Assembly: GCA_937877085.1 (NCBI GenBank)
Contig: CALEEY010000207.1
Location: forward strand, 1-62,973
DNA length: 62,973 bases
Direction of reading: 5' to 3'
DNA from: an uncultured Bacteroidota bacterium
GTDB lineage: Bacteria > Bacteroidota > Rhodothermia > Rhodothermales > UBA10348
Positions within the stretch are counted from its first letter, which is position 1. Each line of letters opens with the position of its first letter. The position numbers and the translations under genes are program-made. Below, piece after piece: positions 8,714-18,189 of the stretch. The notes beneath the pieces were generated by a model that was given only the letters and a program-made list of their open reading frames with translations, was not told where the DNA came from and made no database searches.

Positions 8714-9916
8714 TCAATGAACGCCTATCGTGTAGGATCTATCAGGACCACCAACTGATCCACCGTTCTGAATAGCACCAAGTAACAGAATGCCTGCTGC
8801 ATGGGGAGTGGCCATAGAAGTACCACTAATAGTATTGTATCCCGCATCTTTCCATGTCGACAAGATACTGGAGCCAGGTTCGCAGAAATCAACCGGAGGA
8901 CTGCCGTAATTGGAATAGCTGGCCCATTTGTCTCCTTCTGCTATCGCACAAATCGTATAAATATTGTTACCGTTTGCGCTAGCAGGAGATTTCGTTTCTG
9001 CAAGCGTCGATTCGTTTCCCGCGGCAAGTGCGAATTTGACCTGCGCTGAGGCCGCAATAACTGCATCATTAACGGCTTGAGAAAAGCCTCCTCCTAAGCT
9101 CATATTGGCAACGTCGCCGGCATCTCCGTTCGCACCGACATATTCTATTCCTGCAATAACGCCGCTATACGAACCGCTTCCACGACGATCCAAAACGCGA
9201 ACAGAAATGACCGTGGCTCCCGCTGCAACACCAACTACGCCTTCGGTATTGTTAATCCCAGCAATCGTCCCTGAAACATGGGTCCCATGCCCGTTCTCAT
9301 CGTTCGGATTAGTAGATTGAGCTCCACCTAAAAAGGAAACGCTTCTGGTAACATCCACATTCAAATCGGGATGATCCAAATCGATTCCCGTATCCAAAAT
9401 CCAAGCTACATTGTTTCCTGTATATGTGGCTCCGCCATTGACTCGTGCTATTCCCCACGGAATGGTTTGAGCACCGGTGCCGCCACCACCACCACCACCA
9501 CCTGGATTGCCAGGTTTAGGATTGGCAATAATGTCATGGCCGCCTTCCATTTCAAAAGGAGGCAATGAAATGACTCGATCTGGCTCGATATAGGCAACAT
9601 TTGGATCGCTACGAAGAATCCCAAGCTGTTTGTCTGAAATGGCACCTGCAAACCCAAGTATGCCACCGTAGTAACGCTGCTCAGATACTATGCCTTCCTT
9701 GGTTGCATAATCATCTACAAAATCCTGAGCCGTTTTTCCAGCAACCTGATTTTTTTTCAAGACCACGATATACTTGCCCGCAATTACGGATCCGTTCTCA
9801 ACCGACACATCATTGGCAGATTCGGATGCCGAATTTATTCCCGAACTATCACAAGCGCTTAAAAACAACGCCCCTGCAATAATTCCAGACGTCATTTTCC
9901 ATGAAAGGTGTTTCAT
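8714..9916 (-). CDS. S8 (subtilisin-family) serine peptidase with I9-like propeptide; lipoprotein-type signal
   Basis: Catalytic triad motifs ILDTGID, HGTHVSGT and GTSMATPH. Signal ..ALFLSAC. I prefer the ATG at 9914-9916 over the TTG at 9928. Confidence 0.92.
   Translation of the reverse strand: MKHLSWKMTSGIIAGALFLSACDSSGINSASESANDVSVENGSVIAGKYIVVLKKNQVAGKTAQDFVDDYATKEGIVSEQRYYGGILGFAGAISDKQLGILRSDPNVAYIEPDRVISLPPFEMEGGHDIIANPKPGNPGGGGGGGGTGAQTIPWGIARVNGGATYTGNNVAWILDTGIDLDHPDLNVDVTRSVSFLGGAQSTNPNDENGHGTHVSGTIAGINNTEGVVGVAAGATVISVRVLDRRGSGSYSGVIAGIEYVGANGDAGDVANMSLGGGFSQAVNDAVIAASAQVKFALAAGNESTLAETKSPASANGNNIYTICAIAEGDKWASYSNYGSPPVDFCEPGSSILSTWKDAGYNTISGTSMATPHAAGILLLGAIQNGGSVGGPDRSYTIGVH
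9479..9502. repeat. Trinucleotide tract (GGT)6(GGC)2 on the coding strand, encoding Gly8
   Basis: The plus strand reads gccgcc(acc)6. It encodes GNPGGGGGGGGTG between the propeptide and the catalytic domain of the S8 peptidase. Confidence 0.95.
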
Positions 9917-10219
9917 GCTCCTTCTCAATTTTTGGTTAGGGTATCCCGATGAATACTTGTAAAACCTGCAAAATCAACATTGCAGAATCCTATACCGCAA
10001 CGATAGCCTTTTAATCGCGGGATGCCAAGACGTTCAATTATGACTTCGACAGGGTATTAATTCGTCCCATCCACAAACTTCTCGTTATATACTCCTCTTG
10101 GCTGTAACCCGCGCAAGATGGCGACCGTAGGTGGCACGGCACCTAGATGGAGGATCTACACAGCATTTCTTCTTTAAGCTCAGTATCTTTCCCGCGTTTA
10201 ACCCTTTCGAATTATCCCT

Positions 10220-12616
10220 ATGGCGTATTTCCGTGCTAGATCGACGGCCAACCAGCTGATCGCAATCGGTTTGCTTTTCTTGTCTGGCGCTACCGCAGCT
10301 TTCGCCTCCGACGATCCCACCCGCCCGAAGCTGCCGCCGGAAGTTGAAATCCCTCGTATTGAAGGGGTTGAAATCAATGTAGACGGGATCATGGACGAGG
10401 CGGTTTGGAGTCAGGCGACACGATTTGCTGGTTTCAGTGATTATTTGCCAGTGGACGGCCGTTTGGCCCAGGATTCAACGGTTGTAATGGTTTGGTACTC
10501 GCCAACGGCCATTCATTTCGGTATTCGTGCCTATGAAACGCACGGCGAGGTTCGAGCCACACTGGCGGATCGGGATAAGATTAGCGCCGATGACAACATT
10601 CAAATTCTTCTAGACACCTACAATGATCGGCGGCAGGCTTTTATGATCGGGGTCAATCCACTTGGTCAGCAAGCAGATGGAACGCTAAAGGATTCGGATG
10701 GAGGGACTCGCGGCGGAAGCGCAAGCACTTCTTATTCGGTCGATTTAAGTCCTGATTTTTTATATCAATCGAAAGGCCGCCTGACTGAATTTGGCTATGA
10801 AGTAGAGGTTGTAGTTCCGTTTAAAAGTGTTCGATATCAGAATTCCTTAACCCAAGACTGGGGTTTTAACATTATCCGCCAGGTTCAACATTCTGGCTAC
10901 ACGAGTACGTGGACGTCTACGAGGCAAAACAATGCTTCTTTCATGTCCCAAAATGGGGTGCTTCCCGCGCTAACTGACCTACGAAGGGGGCTGGTGTTAG
11001 ACCTCAACCCGGAAGTGACAGGGACTATGAATCGCGCCGGAGGAAAAGACGCGTCATTTGATCCAAATGCCCGCGATCCCTTTGGATTAAACGTACGATG
11101 GGGTATTTCAAGCAATTTGACGTTGAATGGTACCTTCAATCCCGATTTTTCCCAGGTTGAAGCAGACGTTGCGCAAATTTCGTTCGATCCTAGGCAGGCC
11201 GTTTTCGTTCCTGAAAAACGCCCCTTCTTTTTGGATGGAATCGAACTATTTCAGTCCCCCTCCAACTTGATCTATACAAGGCGTGTTTCCAATCCGATGA
11301 GCGCACTCAAACTCACGGGTAAAATTGGCAGCACGAACATCGCGGCTCTCTCGGCTGTAGACAATAAAGAGCTTTATTTATCCGATTTTGACCCTGGGTA
11401 CTTAAATGCCGTTAGACTTAGAAGAGATCTGTCTGGCCAAAACACGGTTGGTCTTGTTTTGACAGATAAATCGAGTGGAGATCACTGGAACAGAGTGGCT
11501 GCGGTTGATGGGCGCATGACATTTGCCAAGATTTACTCGATGACCTATCAAGCGGGGATGAGTTTTACTGAAGACTCGGGTTCGTTGCAAAATTCAGGCA
11601 ACGTAGTGTCTGCTCCCATGTGGAAGCTATCCTCGACGGCTTCGGGACAAAAATACGGTGGGGCATTCTCTGCTTATGGATATCACGGGGATTTTAACGC
11701 CGAATCTGGTTTTATAACGCGTACAGGGGTTGCCAATGTTCATTTTCAGCCGTACCAGCGGTGGGTCGGCAATCAGGGTGCTTTCCTCGAGCTACTTCAG
11801 TTAGGTTTTTCACTTGATGGAACGTGGGATTACGATCGCTTCACAGCCGGAAAAACACCCAATGACCAGAAATTTCACCTAAACTCCAATTATAGCTTTA
11901 AAGGCGGTTGGTCCGGTAACACATCCATTTTTATGGAGTCCTTTAAGTATCCCGAATATCTGTACGAAGATTTCTATGTGGAACGCAAAGTGAACGGCGT
12001 GGTGGTGGATACGACAGCCTACGTTGGAACGGACCGTTTAAGTAATTTTGGGTTTTGGTCATTTCTGAACACCCCTCGGCTCAGTAATTTCAGCGCTAAC
12101 CTACAGCTCGTTGGCGGCCGAGATGACAACTTTTCGGAATGGTCCTCGGCTAACATCTTGTTCATTACGCTGGGTCTCAACTACAATCCGACCGATCAGG
12201 TAAGGATTAATTTCACGTACAACCACCAGCAATACGATCGAGCTAGCGACCATTCGACGGTAAGTATTCGTCGTGTCCCCCGATTGAAGGCCGAATATCA
12301 AGTGACGTCGTCTTTGTTTATCCGACTTGTAGGCCAATATGATTCCAATTTTGTCGATGCACTGCGAGATGATTCTAGAACGGATGAGCCCATCCTTATT
12401 CTTGATAGAAACACCGGGGCATACCACCAGTCGACCAAATTCAGAAGAAACCAGTTTAGAGTAGATTGGCTGGTTTCATTCAGACCAGATCCAGGAACGG
12501 TCCTTTTTGTGGGATACGGCAACTCGTCCAGAGAACCAAACACCTATCGATTCCGCGACTTGGAGCGCACGAACGACGGCTTCTTTTTAAAGCTTAGCTA
12601 CTTGTTTAGGGTATAG
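10220..12616 (+). CDS. Large secreted protein, DUF5916 / carbohydrate-binding family 9-like
   Basis: Signal peptide, N-terminal IDGIMDEAVW-type CBM9-like segment, and a long beta-rich C-terminal part. Family call is by resemblance only. Confidence 0.55.
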   Translation: MAYFRARSTANQLIAIGLLFLSGATAAFASDDPTRPKLPPEVEIPRIEGVEINVDGIMDEAVWSQATRFAGFSDYLPVDGRLAQDSTVVMVWYSPTAIHFGIRAYETHGEVRATLADRDKISADDNIQILLDTYNDRRQAFMIGVNPLGQQADGTLKDSDGGTRGGSASTSYSVDLSPDFLYQSKGRLTEFGYEVEVVVPFKSVRYQNSLTQDWGFNIIRQVQHSGYTSTWTSTRQNNASFMSQNGVLPALTDLRRGLVLDLNPEVTGTMNRAGGKDASFDPNARDPFGLNVRWGISSNLTLNGTFNPDFSQVEADVAQISFDPRQAVFVPEKRPFFLDGIELFQSPSNLIYTRRVSNPMSALKLTGKIGSTNIAALSAVDNKELYLSDFDPGYLNAVRLRRDLSGQNTVGLVLTDKSSGDHWNRVAAVDGRMTFAKIYSMTYQAGMSFTEDSGSLQNSGNVVSAPMWKLSSTASGQKYGGAFSAYGYHGDFNAESGFITRTGVANVHFQPYQRWVGNQGAFLELLQLGFSLDGTWDYDRFTAGKTPNDQKFHLNSNYSFKGGWSGNTSIFMESFKYPEYLYEDFYVERKVNGVVVDTTAYVGTDRLSNFGFWSFLNTPRLSNFSANLQLVGGRDDNFSEWSSANILFITLGLNYNPTDQVRINFTYNHQQYDRASDHSTVSIRRVPRLKAEYQVTSSLFIRLVGQYDSNFVDALRDDSRTDEPILILDRNTGAYHQSTKFRRNQFRVDWLVSFRPDPGTVLFVGYGNSSREPNTYRFRDLERTNDGFFLKLSYLFRV

Positions 12617-12618
12617 TC

Positions 12619-12657
12619 TCAGGCCGTGATCTATCGGTATTAATCAGGTCGCGATCT
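12619..12657. repeat. 14-bp imperfect direct repeat x2, period 25
   Basis: tcaggccgtgatct (12619-12632) and tcaggtcgcgatct (12644-12657). Lies in the 59-bp spacer between the convergent stops of the DUF5916-like gene and argH. Confidence 0.7.
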
Positions 12658-12675
12658 GAACCAGAATCCTCAGCT

Positions 12676-13980
12676 TCAACTGCCAATCGTCTTTTTAAGG
12701 CGTTCACGGATGCTTGCTGTGGAAACGTTCCCCGGCGTTCCGACTGTGGAGTACGCTTCAGAAAGCTTCATTTGAGCCTGTTCTGACCATAATGAGGGGG
12801 TCTGAGCTGCGTCGCGATACGCTTCTCGAAATGGTTTACCCTTCACAACCTCGGACAAAGCAGCCGCCGTGGCAAAGAGTTCGGGGTCGCGGGCGTTGTC
12901 CAATGGTTCTGATCTAAACGTCAGTCCCGCTAGTATCCCTTGTGTGGCCTCCAAAAGGTCTTTGAGGATGATGACCGCCCTCATCACGGAACCCTTCGTG
13001 AGCTGTAAATCCCGATGATATCCAGAGGGGAGATTGGCTGGAATCCCCAACAGCACTTGAAATTCGCCCGATAAGCGATGCATGGTGGCCCGTGCCAGTT
13101 CAGCTATATCTGGATTTTTTTTCTGGGGCATGATGCTACTCCCTGTGGTCAAGACATCGTTTAACTTGACAAATCCAAACTCTGCCGTCGCGTATAACAC
13201 CACATCGGAGGCGAGTCGATTGATCGTTGCCGCGCACTGAAGTAAGGCATGAACCACTTCTAGCTCATACTTTCCCCGGCTCAACTGCACGGCTGTGACG
13301 TTCTCCTGGACACGCTCAAAACCGAGGCTTTCGGCCACTTCCTGTCGAGGAAGGTTTACGTAGGGAATGCCGTACCCGGCCCCACTTCCCAACGGAGACG
13401 CGTTTATGCGTTTTCGAGCCTGAATCACTAAATCTAGGTCTTCCACCAAACTTTCGGCGTACCCAGCAGCCCAAAGCGCCACAGTACTCGGCATGGCCCG
13501 CTGCATGTGGGTATAACCCGGTAAAAATTGGTCTTGGTTGGCATCCGCCATGTCCGCCAATTGCAGCACGAGCCGTTCGATTTCAGATGCAGCATCATCC
13601 AAATTGAAACGAAGCCATAGGCGAATAGCCGCTAACACTTGATCGTTCCGAGAGCGACCAGTGTGGATTTTTTTGCCTATATCGCCCACTTTTTCGGTTA
13701 GAAAACGTTCAATCACCGTGTGGCAGTCTTCGTCTTCAAGCGATATCTGGATATCCCCATTCTCGAATGCGTCGGCTAAATCCGAAAAGGCACCATCCAA
13801 TGCGGTTAGCTCGTCTTCCGTTAGGATGCCTGCGGTAACCAATCCGGCCGCATGGGCGAGTGAAGCCGCGGCATCGAATGGCAGTAACATCATGTCCCAC
13901 ATGGGGTCATCGCCAACGGTGAATCGTGTTACCCACGAAGCAGTCTCTGTTCCTTTAAACCAAATAGGACGATCAGACAT
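12676..13980 (-). CDS. argH: Argininosuccinate lyase
   Basis: Fumarate-lyase signature GSSIMPQKKNPD. Start trimmed to MSDRPIWFKG (ATG 13978-13980), which overlaps the argE stop by 8 nt. Confidence 0.93.
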   Translation of the reverse strand: MSDRPIWFKGTETASWVTRFTVGDDPMWDMMLLPFDAAASLAHAAGLVTAGILTEDELTALDGAFSDLADAFENGDIQISLEDEDCHTVIERFLTEKVGDIGKKIHTGRSRNDQVLAAIRLWLRFNLDDAASEIERLVLQLADMADANQDQFLPGYTHMQRAMPSTVALWAAGYAESLVEDLDLVIQARKRINASPLGSGAGYGIPYVNLPRQEVAESLGFERVQENVTAVQLSRGKYELEVVHALLQCAATINRLASDVVLYATAEFGFVKLNDVLTTGSSIMPQKKNPDIAELARATMHRLSGEFQVLLGIPANLPSGYHRDLQLTKGSVMRAVIILKDLLEATQGILAGLTFRSEPLDNARDPELFATAAALSEVVKGKPFREAYRDAAQTPSLWSEQAQMKLSEAYSTVGTPGNVSTASIRERLKKTIGS

Positions 13981-15046
13981 GATGTAGCTCGAAATATGCT
14001 TTAATAATACGCTCGTAGGTCGCACAACTTTCAATGAGTTCTTGAATGTCGATGTGCTCGTCGGCCGTATGGGACAACCGACTGTCTCCTGGCCCGATTT
14101 TAACGGCAGGGATGTCTTTTACATGGATCCAGTCCGACATGGTCGGCGATCCAAACGTGCTGGACCCGCTTGAACCCAAAAGGCACGCCTCTACAATGGT
14201 TTCCGCGGGATCCGTATCAACAGAAATAAATCGCTTAGAATGAATGTGAACCGTCGATTCTATTTCCTGCTGAATCAACGCGGCAATTTCATCGTGGTCG
14301 TACAATGGCGTCGTGCGAATGTCTAAGAAAGCGGTACACGAATCGGCGATCATGTTGCGCGCAGAGCCGCCGTTGACCACCGTTACGTTGATAGTGGTTT
14401 TGCCGAGGTATGGGTGAACCCGGTCCAACGAAAATTGATCGAGACGGGCCAGATCCCGGACCATCATCGAAATCGCATTCTGCCCCTCCTCCGCCCTTGC
14501 GGCATGAGATGATTTGCCGTGCGCTTCCAATCGGAGAATGAGCAGTCCTTTTTGGGCTACACACGGCTGCATGTGCGTCGGCTCGCCAATCAACGCCGCG
14601 GCGGGCCGTGGGAGCTGATCAATAATTTGCTCCAGGCCGTTGTTTTCCCCTCCAGTTTCTTCGCAAGCCGTAAACGCAACCACGATTTTCCCCTGCGGCA
14701 TATATCCTGCGTGCGCTAATCGGCATACCGCGGTAGCCATGCTGGCAACGCTGGCTTTTGCATCGACCGTACCCCGTCCAAATACTTTTCCGTTCGAAAT
14801 CGTGGGTACAAACGGTGAAAAGGGATGATTGGAGGATGGTGGGACGACGTCAAGGTGGGAATTAAGAAGCAATACCCGATCCCCCTCTCCCCACTCGGCC
14901 ACCACATTGTCGCCAGCGCGGCTCACGTTCAGGCCAGCCTGGGTGAGATGCGTTTCTAGGAGGGTAGCGGCTTCCGATTCTTGATGGCTTAAAGATGGAA
15001 TAGCTACCAGCCGACGATGGAGTACGCAGACGTCTTGTTCAAGCAT
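13973..15046 (-). CDS. argE: M20-family N-acyl-ornithine deacylase (ArgE-like)
   Basis: M20 motifs (LNSHLDVVP, GRGTVDAKA, CEETGG) and operon position. Start trimmed to MLEQDV (ATG 15044-15046), which overlaps the argB stop by 8 nt. Confidence 0.75.
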   Translation of the reverse strand: MLEQDVCVLHRRLVAIPSLSHQESEAATLLETHLTQAGLNVSRAGDNVVAEWGEGDRVLLLNSHLDVVPPSSNHPFSPFVPTISNGKVFGRGTVDAKASVASMATAVCRLAHAGYMPQGKIVVAFTACEETGGENNGLEQIIDQLPRPAAALIGEPTHMQPCVAQKGLLILRLEAHGKSSHAARAEEGQNAISMMVRDLARLDQFSLDRVHPYLGKTTINVTVVNGGSARNMIADSCTAFLDIRTTPLYDHDEIAALIQQEIESTVHIHSKRFISVDTDPAETIVEACLLGSSGSSTFGSPTMSDWIHVKDIPAVKIGPGDSRLSHTADEHIDIQELIESCATYERIIKAYFELHHV

Positions 15047-15818
15047 GGCTGACCTCAATAAGTTGTGTTCCGCCTGCTTTCGAGGCCAACGAAGCTGGTC
15101 CCGATATCCAAACGGACGAAATACCGCGGCTAAGGGCAGAAAAACCAATATCTGTTTTCACTTTCATGCCTCCGGCGATCCAGCCTTTTGAAACACCCTC
15201 GCGCGACTGGGCTAAGGATAATCGTCGTATCGGGGTTTTGTCTTCGTTTAGCACGCCGCCCGATTCGGTGACCAATATCAGTTCATCGGCTTGAATAGCC
15301 GTGGCAATTTCGAGGGCTACCGTGTCTGCGTTAATGTTGAATAGCGAACCATTTTGGTCGATTCCTGGTGGACACACGACCGGCATAATACCCGATTGAA
15401 GAAGGGCCAATAGCGCCGTTGGATCCGCATGTTTAAAATCCCCCACGTGTCCAAAATCGACCGTTTTTCCGTCTACTGTCCAAAGAGGTCTTTTCGAAAC
15501 CTGAATCAGTCCCGCGTCTGCGCCGCTCATACCTAACGACCGAATGCCAGCCTGAGAGGCTTTGGCCACCAGCTCAACGTTGAGTTGGCCACGAATTATC
15601 CATTTAACGATATCGAGATCTAAATCGGTAGTTACTCGGCGCCCTTCAACTATGGTGGGCGTATGTCCTAGTCGCTCCGCCATGGCCGTGGTCTGTGGAC
15701 CGCCCCCATGAACCAAAACCACCTCTGACGCCTGCTGAAGGACGGCCAATGCTTCGAAGAAGGCGTCCAACGGCTGCCCTAGCAAGGCGCCACCTATTTT
15801 TACGACGGTTCGCTTCAT
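15039..15818 (-). CDS. argB: N-acetylglutamate kinase
   Basis: VVKIGG.., VLVHGGGPQ and NINADT motifs. Start trimmed to MKRTVVKIGG. ATG 15816-15818 overlaps the argF' TGA (ATGA). Confidence 0.92.
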   Translation of the reverse strand: MKRTVVKIGGALLGQPLDAFFEALAVLQQASEVVLVHGGGPQTTAMAERLGHTPTIVEGRRVTTDLDLDIVKWIIRGQLNVELVAKASQAGIRSLGMSGADAGLIQVSKRPLWTVDGKTVDFGHVGDFKHADPTALLALLQSGIMPVVCPPGIDQNGSLFNINADTVALEIATAIQADELILVTESGGVLNEDKTPIRRLSLAQSREGVSKGWIAGGMKVKTDIGFSALSRGISSVWISGPASLASKAGGTQLIEVSHA

Positions 15819-16957
15819 TGGTATTTGTCGGCGGGATGGGAGCCGCCCGCGTTGGAGGAGCCCGGGCTGGCAGAGCTCGCGTTGGAGGCAGCGGGGCCAG
15901 GGCTGGAAGCGTTCGCGTTGGCGGGGCCAGGGCTGGTAGGATTGGCATTTCGCTCCCAAAGCCAGTTAAGAATCGCTTTTTGAGCGTGCAGTCGATACTC
16001 GGCCTGATCCAAATGGAGTGTATTTGGACCGTCCAGTACCTCATTGTCCACCACCACTCCCCTTCTTACAGGAAGACAATGCATAAACTTGGCTTGGCCT
16101 TCGATTGTCCGAGCCATGACCTGTGGCGTGATCCTCCAGTTGGCATGAGCCTGCCGCTCGACTAGTTCGAGCGCTGGGTCGAGGTATCTCGTTTTTCCTC
16201 CCCAAGCCTTTGCATAGATGATGTGGGCATCTTTGGCGCTGGATTCAAGATCATTGGACTCTGAAACCGATCCTCCCATGTTGGCGGCCGAACGGCGGGC
16301 CAGGTTCATGACCTCCGGATCCAGTTCAAAACCATCGGGACGGGCAACCGTGACGTTCATACCCAAACGGGCTGCCATCAACAAGGCTGAATTTGGTACA
16401 GCCATTGGAAGCGCCTTTGGGTGGTATGCCCATGACAAAACAAATTTCTTTCCCTGGGGATTTCCAGCAAAGTGACGGGTCAGAACGGCGGCGTCGGCCA
16501 GTGCCTGGCACGGGTGTCGAGCAGCGGACTCCAAATTCAAAACAGGCACGGCCGACGCCGCCGCAAACTGCTTCAACATGTTGTCTTGCATATCGTTATC
16601 CCAATTGGTACCCGATGCAAACAATCGTACGCCAAGCAAATCGACATATCTGGACAACACCCCAACGGCTTCTTGAATGTGCTCCGCTTCTGCGCCTAGC
16701 ATGGGGGCCTTTTTGTCCCAAGCAAAACCCCAGGTTCCGCTGCCAGGCGTAACGGTAATTGGAGTGGCGCCAAGAGATGCAGAGGCCAATTCCATCGATA
16801 CACGTGTTCGAAGTGAGTCGTTGAAAAAAACCAATCCTACGCTTTTCCCAAGGTGGGTGTGCTCCAAACGTCTACGATCGGCGCCGTTTAGCAGGGCCTG
16901 TTCGATACAAGCCTTCCAGTCAGTTTCTGCTACATCAGCCCAATCGAGTAAGTGCAT
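15815..16957 (-). CDS. argF': N-acyl(acetyl/succinyl)-L-ornithine carbamoyltransferase with a low-complexity C-terminal tail
   Basis: Has FNDSLRTR, HPCQALAD and HCLPVRRG. The OTCase ornithine motif DxxxSMG is absent (YAKAWGG instead), as in AOTCase/SOTCase. The last ~40 aa (NPTSPGPANANASSPGPAASNASSASPGSSNAGGS...) are encoded by tandem repeats. Confidence 0.85.
   Translation of the reverse strand: MHLLDWADVAETDWKACIEQALLNGADRRRLEHTHLGKSVGLVFFNDSLRTRVSMELASASLGATPITVTPGSGTWGFAWDKKAPMLGAEAEHIQEAVGVLSRYVDLLGVRLFASGTNWDNDMQDNMLKQFAAASAVPVLNLESAARHPCQALADAAVLTRHFAGNPQGKKFVLSWAYHPKALPMAVPNSALLMAARLGMNVTVARPDGFELDPEVMNLARRSAANMGGSVSESNDLESSAKDAHIIYAKAWGGKTRYLDPALELVERQAHANWRITPQVMARTIEGQAKFMHCLPVRRGVVVDNEVLDGPNTLHLDQAEYRLHAQKAILNWLWERNANPTSPGPANANASSPGPAASNASSASPGSSNAGGSHPADKYQ
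15848..15940. repeat. ~30-36-bp degenerate tandem repeat x3 inside the argF' 3' end
   Basis: cgcgttggRgg recurs at 15848, 15878 and 15914. ggggccagggctgg recurs at 15893 and 15923. Confidence 0.85.
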
Positions 16958-18138
16958 TACGCTACGACCTCCATTTTTGAAGCCAATATTTCATCTAAAG
17001 CAGCAAAAAAGGAATCAATTTCAGCATCTGTAACAACCCCTGGAGGCATTAGGCGCATAATATTCGGATCGGTAGAACCTCCAACCAGGATACCTTTTTC
17101 CCGTAAATCGGTAGCAAAGGCTCCCATCGGTTGGCCAAAGTCAATACCAATTAAACATCCGGCCCCCTGAATGCGGAGCCCACGCTCGTTGCATCCTTTT
17201 TCGAAACGGTCATAAATTTGGACCGAGCGTTCGGTCAGATTTTCATCAATAAGCACTTTAAGTGTCGCTTCTACGGCGGCCATGGCCAGAGGGGCTCCTC
17301 CAAAAGTCGTCCCTTGATCGCCATACCCAACGGTGGCCGCTACCTCGTCGCGAATCAGAACAGCTCCAACGGGAACGCCGCCGCCCAAACTTTTGGCAAA
17401 CGTGATCATGTCCGGTTCAATTCCAAGCACTTGGCTATACGTAAAGGCCCCGGTACGACCAATTCCGGATTGCACTTCGTCCATAATGAGCATCGATCCA
17501 GCTTCTTTGCAGGCAGCTGCAACCAACCTGAAAAACGACACGGGAGCTGTTCTCATTCCTGCTGTCGATTGAATGGGTTCTATGATGACTGCGGCCGGCT
17601 TGCTTTCACGGATCACGGCACACGTTTTTTCGGCGTCCCCAAACGGCACGAAGGTAACGGGTCCGAAGGACGATTCATGTCCCTTTCGATAGGGGGCTTG
17701 CCAGGTAACCGATAGGGCTCCCAACGATCTGCCGTGAAAATCCCCCTCCATGGCCACTATTCCAGAACGGCCCGTAGCTTTGCGGGCAATTTTCATGGCC
17801 GTCTCATTAGCCTCGGCTCCTGAATTGATAAAAAAGATGTTTCCCATCCCTTTGGGCGCCAACGCTGCAAGCGCCGCAGAGGCACGGGCGCGTGCTGGGG
17901 AATAAACAGCGTTTGAATAAAACAAAAGCTTATCGGCTTGATCTTTCACCGCTTGGACAACAGCCGGATGATTGTGCCCCGTAAACACCACACAATGCCC
18001 TCCATAGAGATCCAGATATCTTTTCCCGTCGGTATCTACCACCCACGCGCCACGTCCGGATTCAAGGGAAATGGGCCATTTACGATACGTGTTGAGCTGG
18101 GTAGCATCTTCCAGTTCCATCCATTCAGCTGAAGTCAT
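16957..18138 (-). CDS. argD: Acetylornithine (class III) aminotransferase
   Basis: DEVQSGIGRTG and FAKSLGGG (PLP lysine) motifs. The stop TAA shares one nt with the argF' ATG (TAATG). Confidence 0.9.
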   Translation of the reverse strand: MTSAEWMELEDATQLNTYRKWPISLESGRGAWVVDTDGKRYLDLYGGHCVVFTGHNHPAVVQAVKDQADKLLFYSNAVYSPARARASAALAALAPKGMGNIFFINSGAEANETAMKIARKATGRSGIVAMEGDFHGRSLGALSVTWQAPYRKGHESSFGPVTFVPFGDAEKTCAVIRESKPAAVIIEPIQSTAGMRTAPVSFFRLVAAACKEAGSMLIMDEVQSGIGRTGAFTYSQVLGIEPDMITFAKSLGGGVPVGAVLIRDEVAATVGYGDQGTTFGGAPLAMAAVEATLKVLIDENLTERSVQIYDRFEKGCNERGLRIQGAGCLIGIDFGQPMGAFATDLREKGILVGGSTDPNIMRLMPPGVVTDAEIDSFFAALDEILASKMEVVA

Positions 18139-18189
18139 AACAGTTTGAATTTTTTCTATTTAAAGCAATCAAAGGATTCACACCCAAAG

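Noticed and set aside
15646-16165. ORFs 15646-16044 (minus) and 15695-16165 (plus), and the 47-aa N-terminal extension of argB in the track.
   Set aside because: They are kept open only by the GC-rich tandem repeats in the argF' tail. The real argB start is the ATG at 15816-15818, in an ATGA overlap with argF'. I trimmed argE, argH, leuD, asnB, dnaA, mreB, bcp and several secreted proteins to conserved N-termini or signal peptides in the same way.
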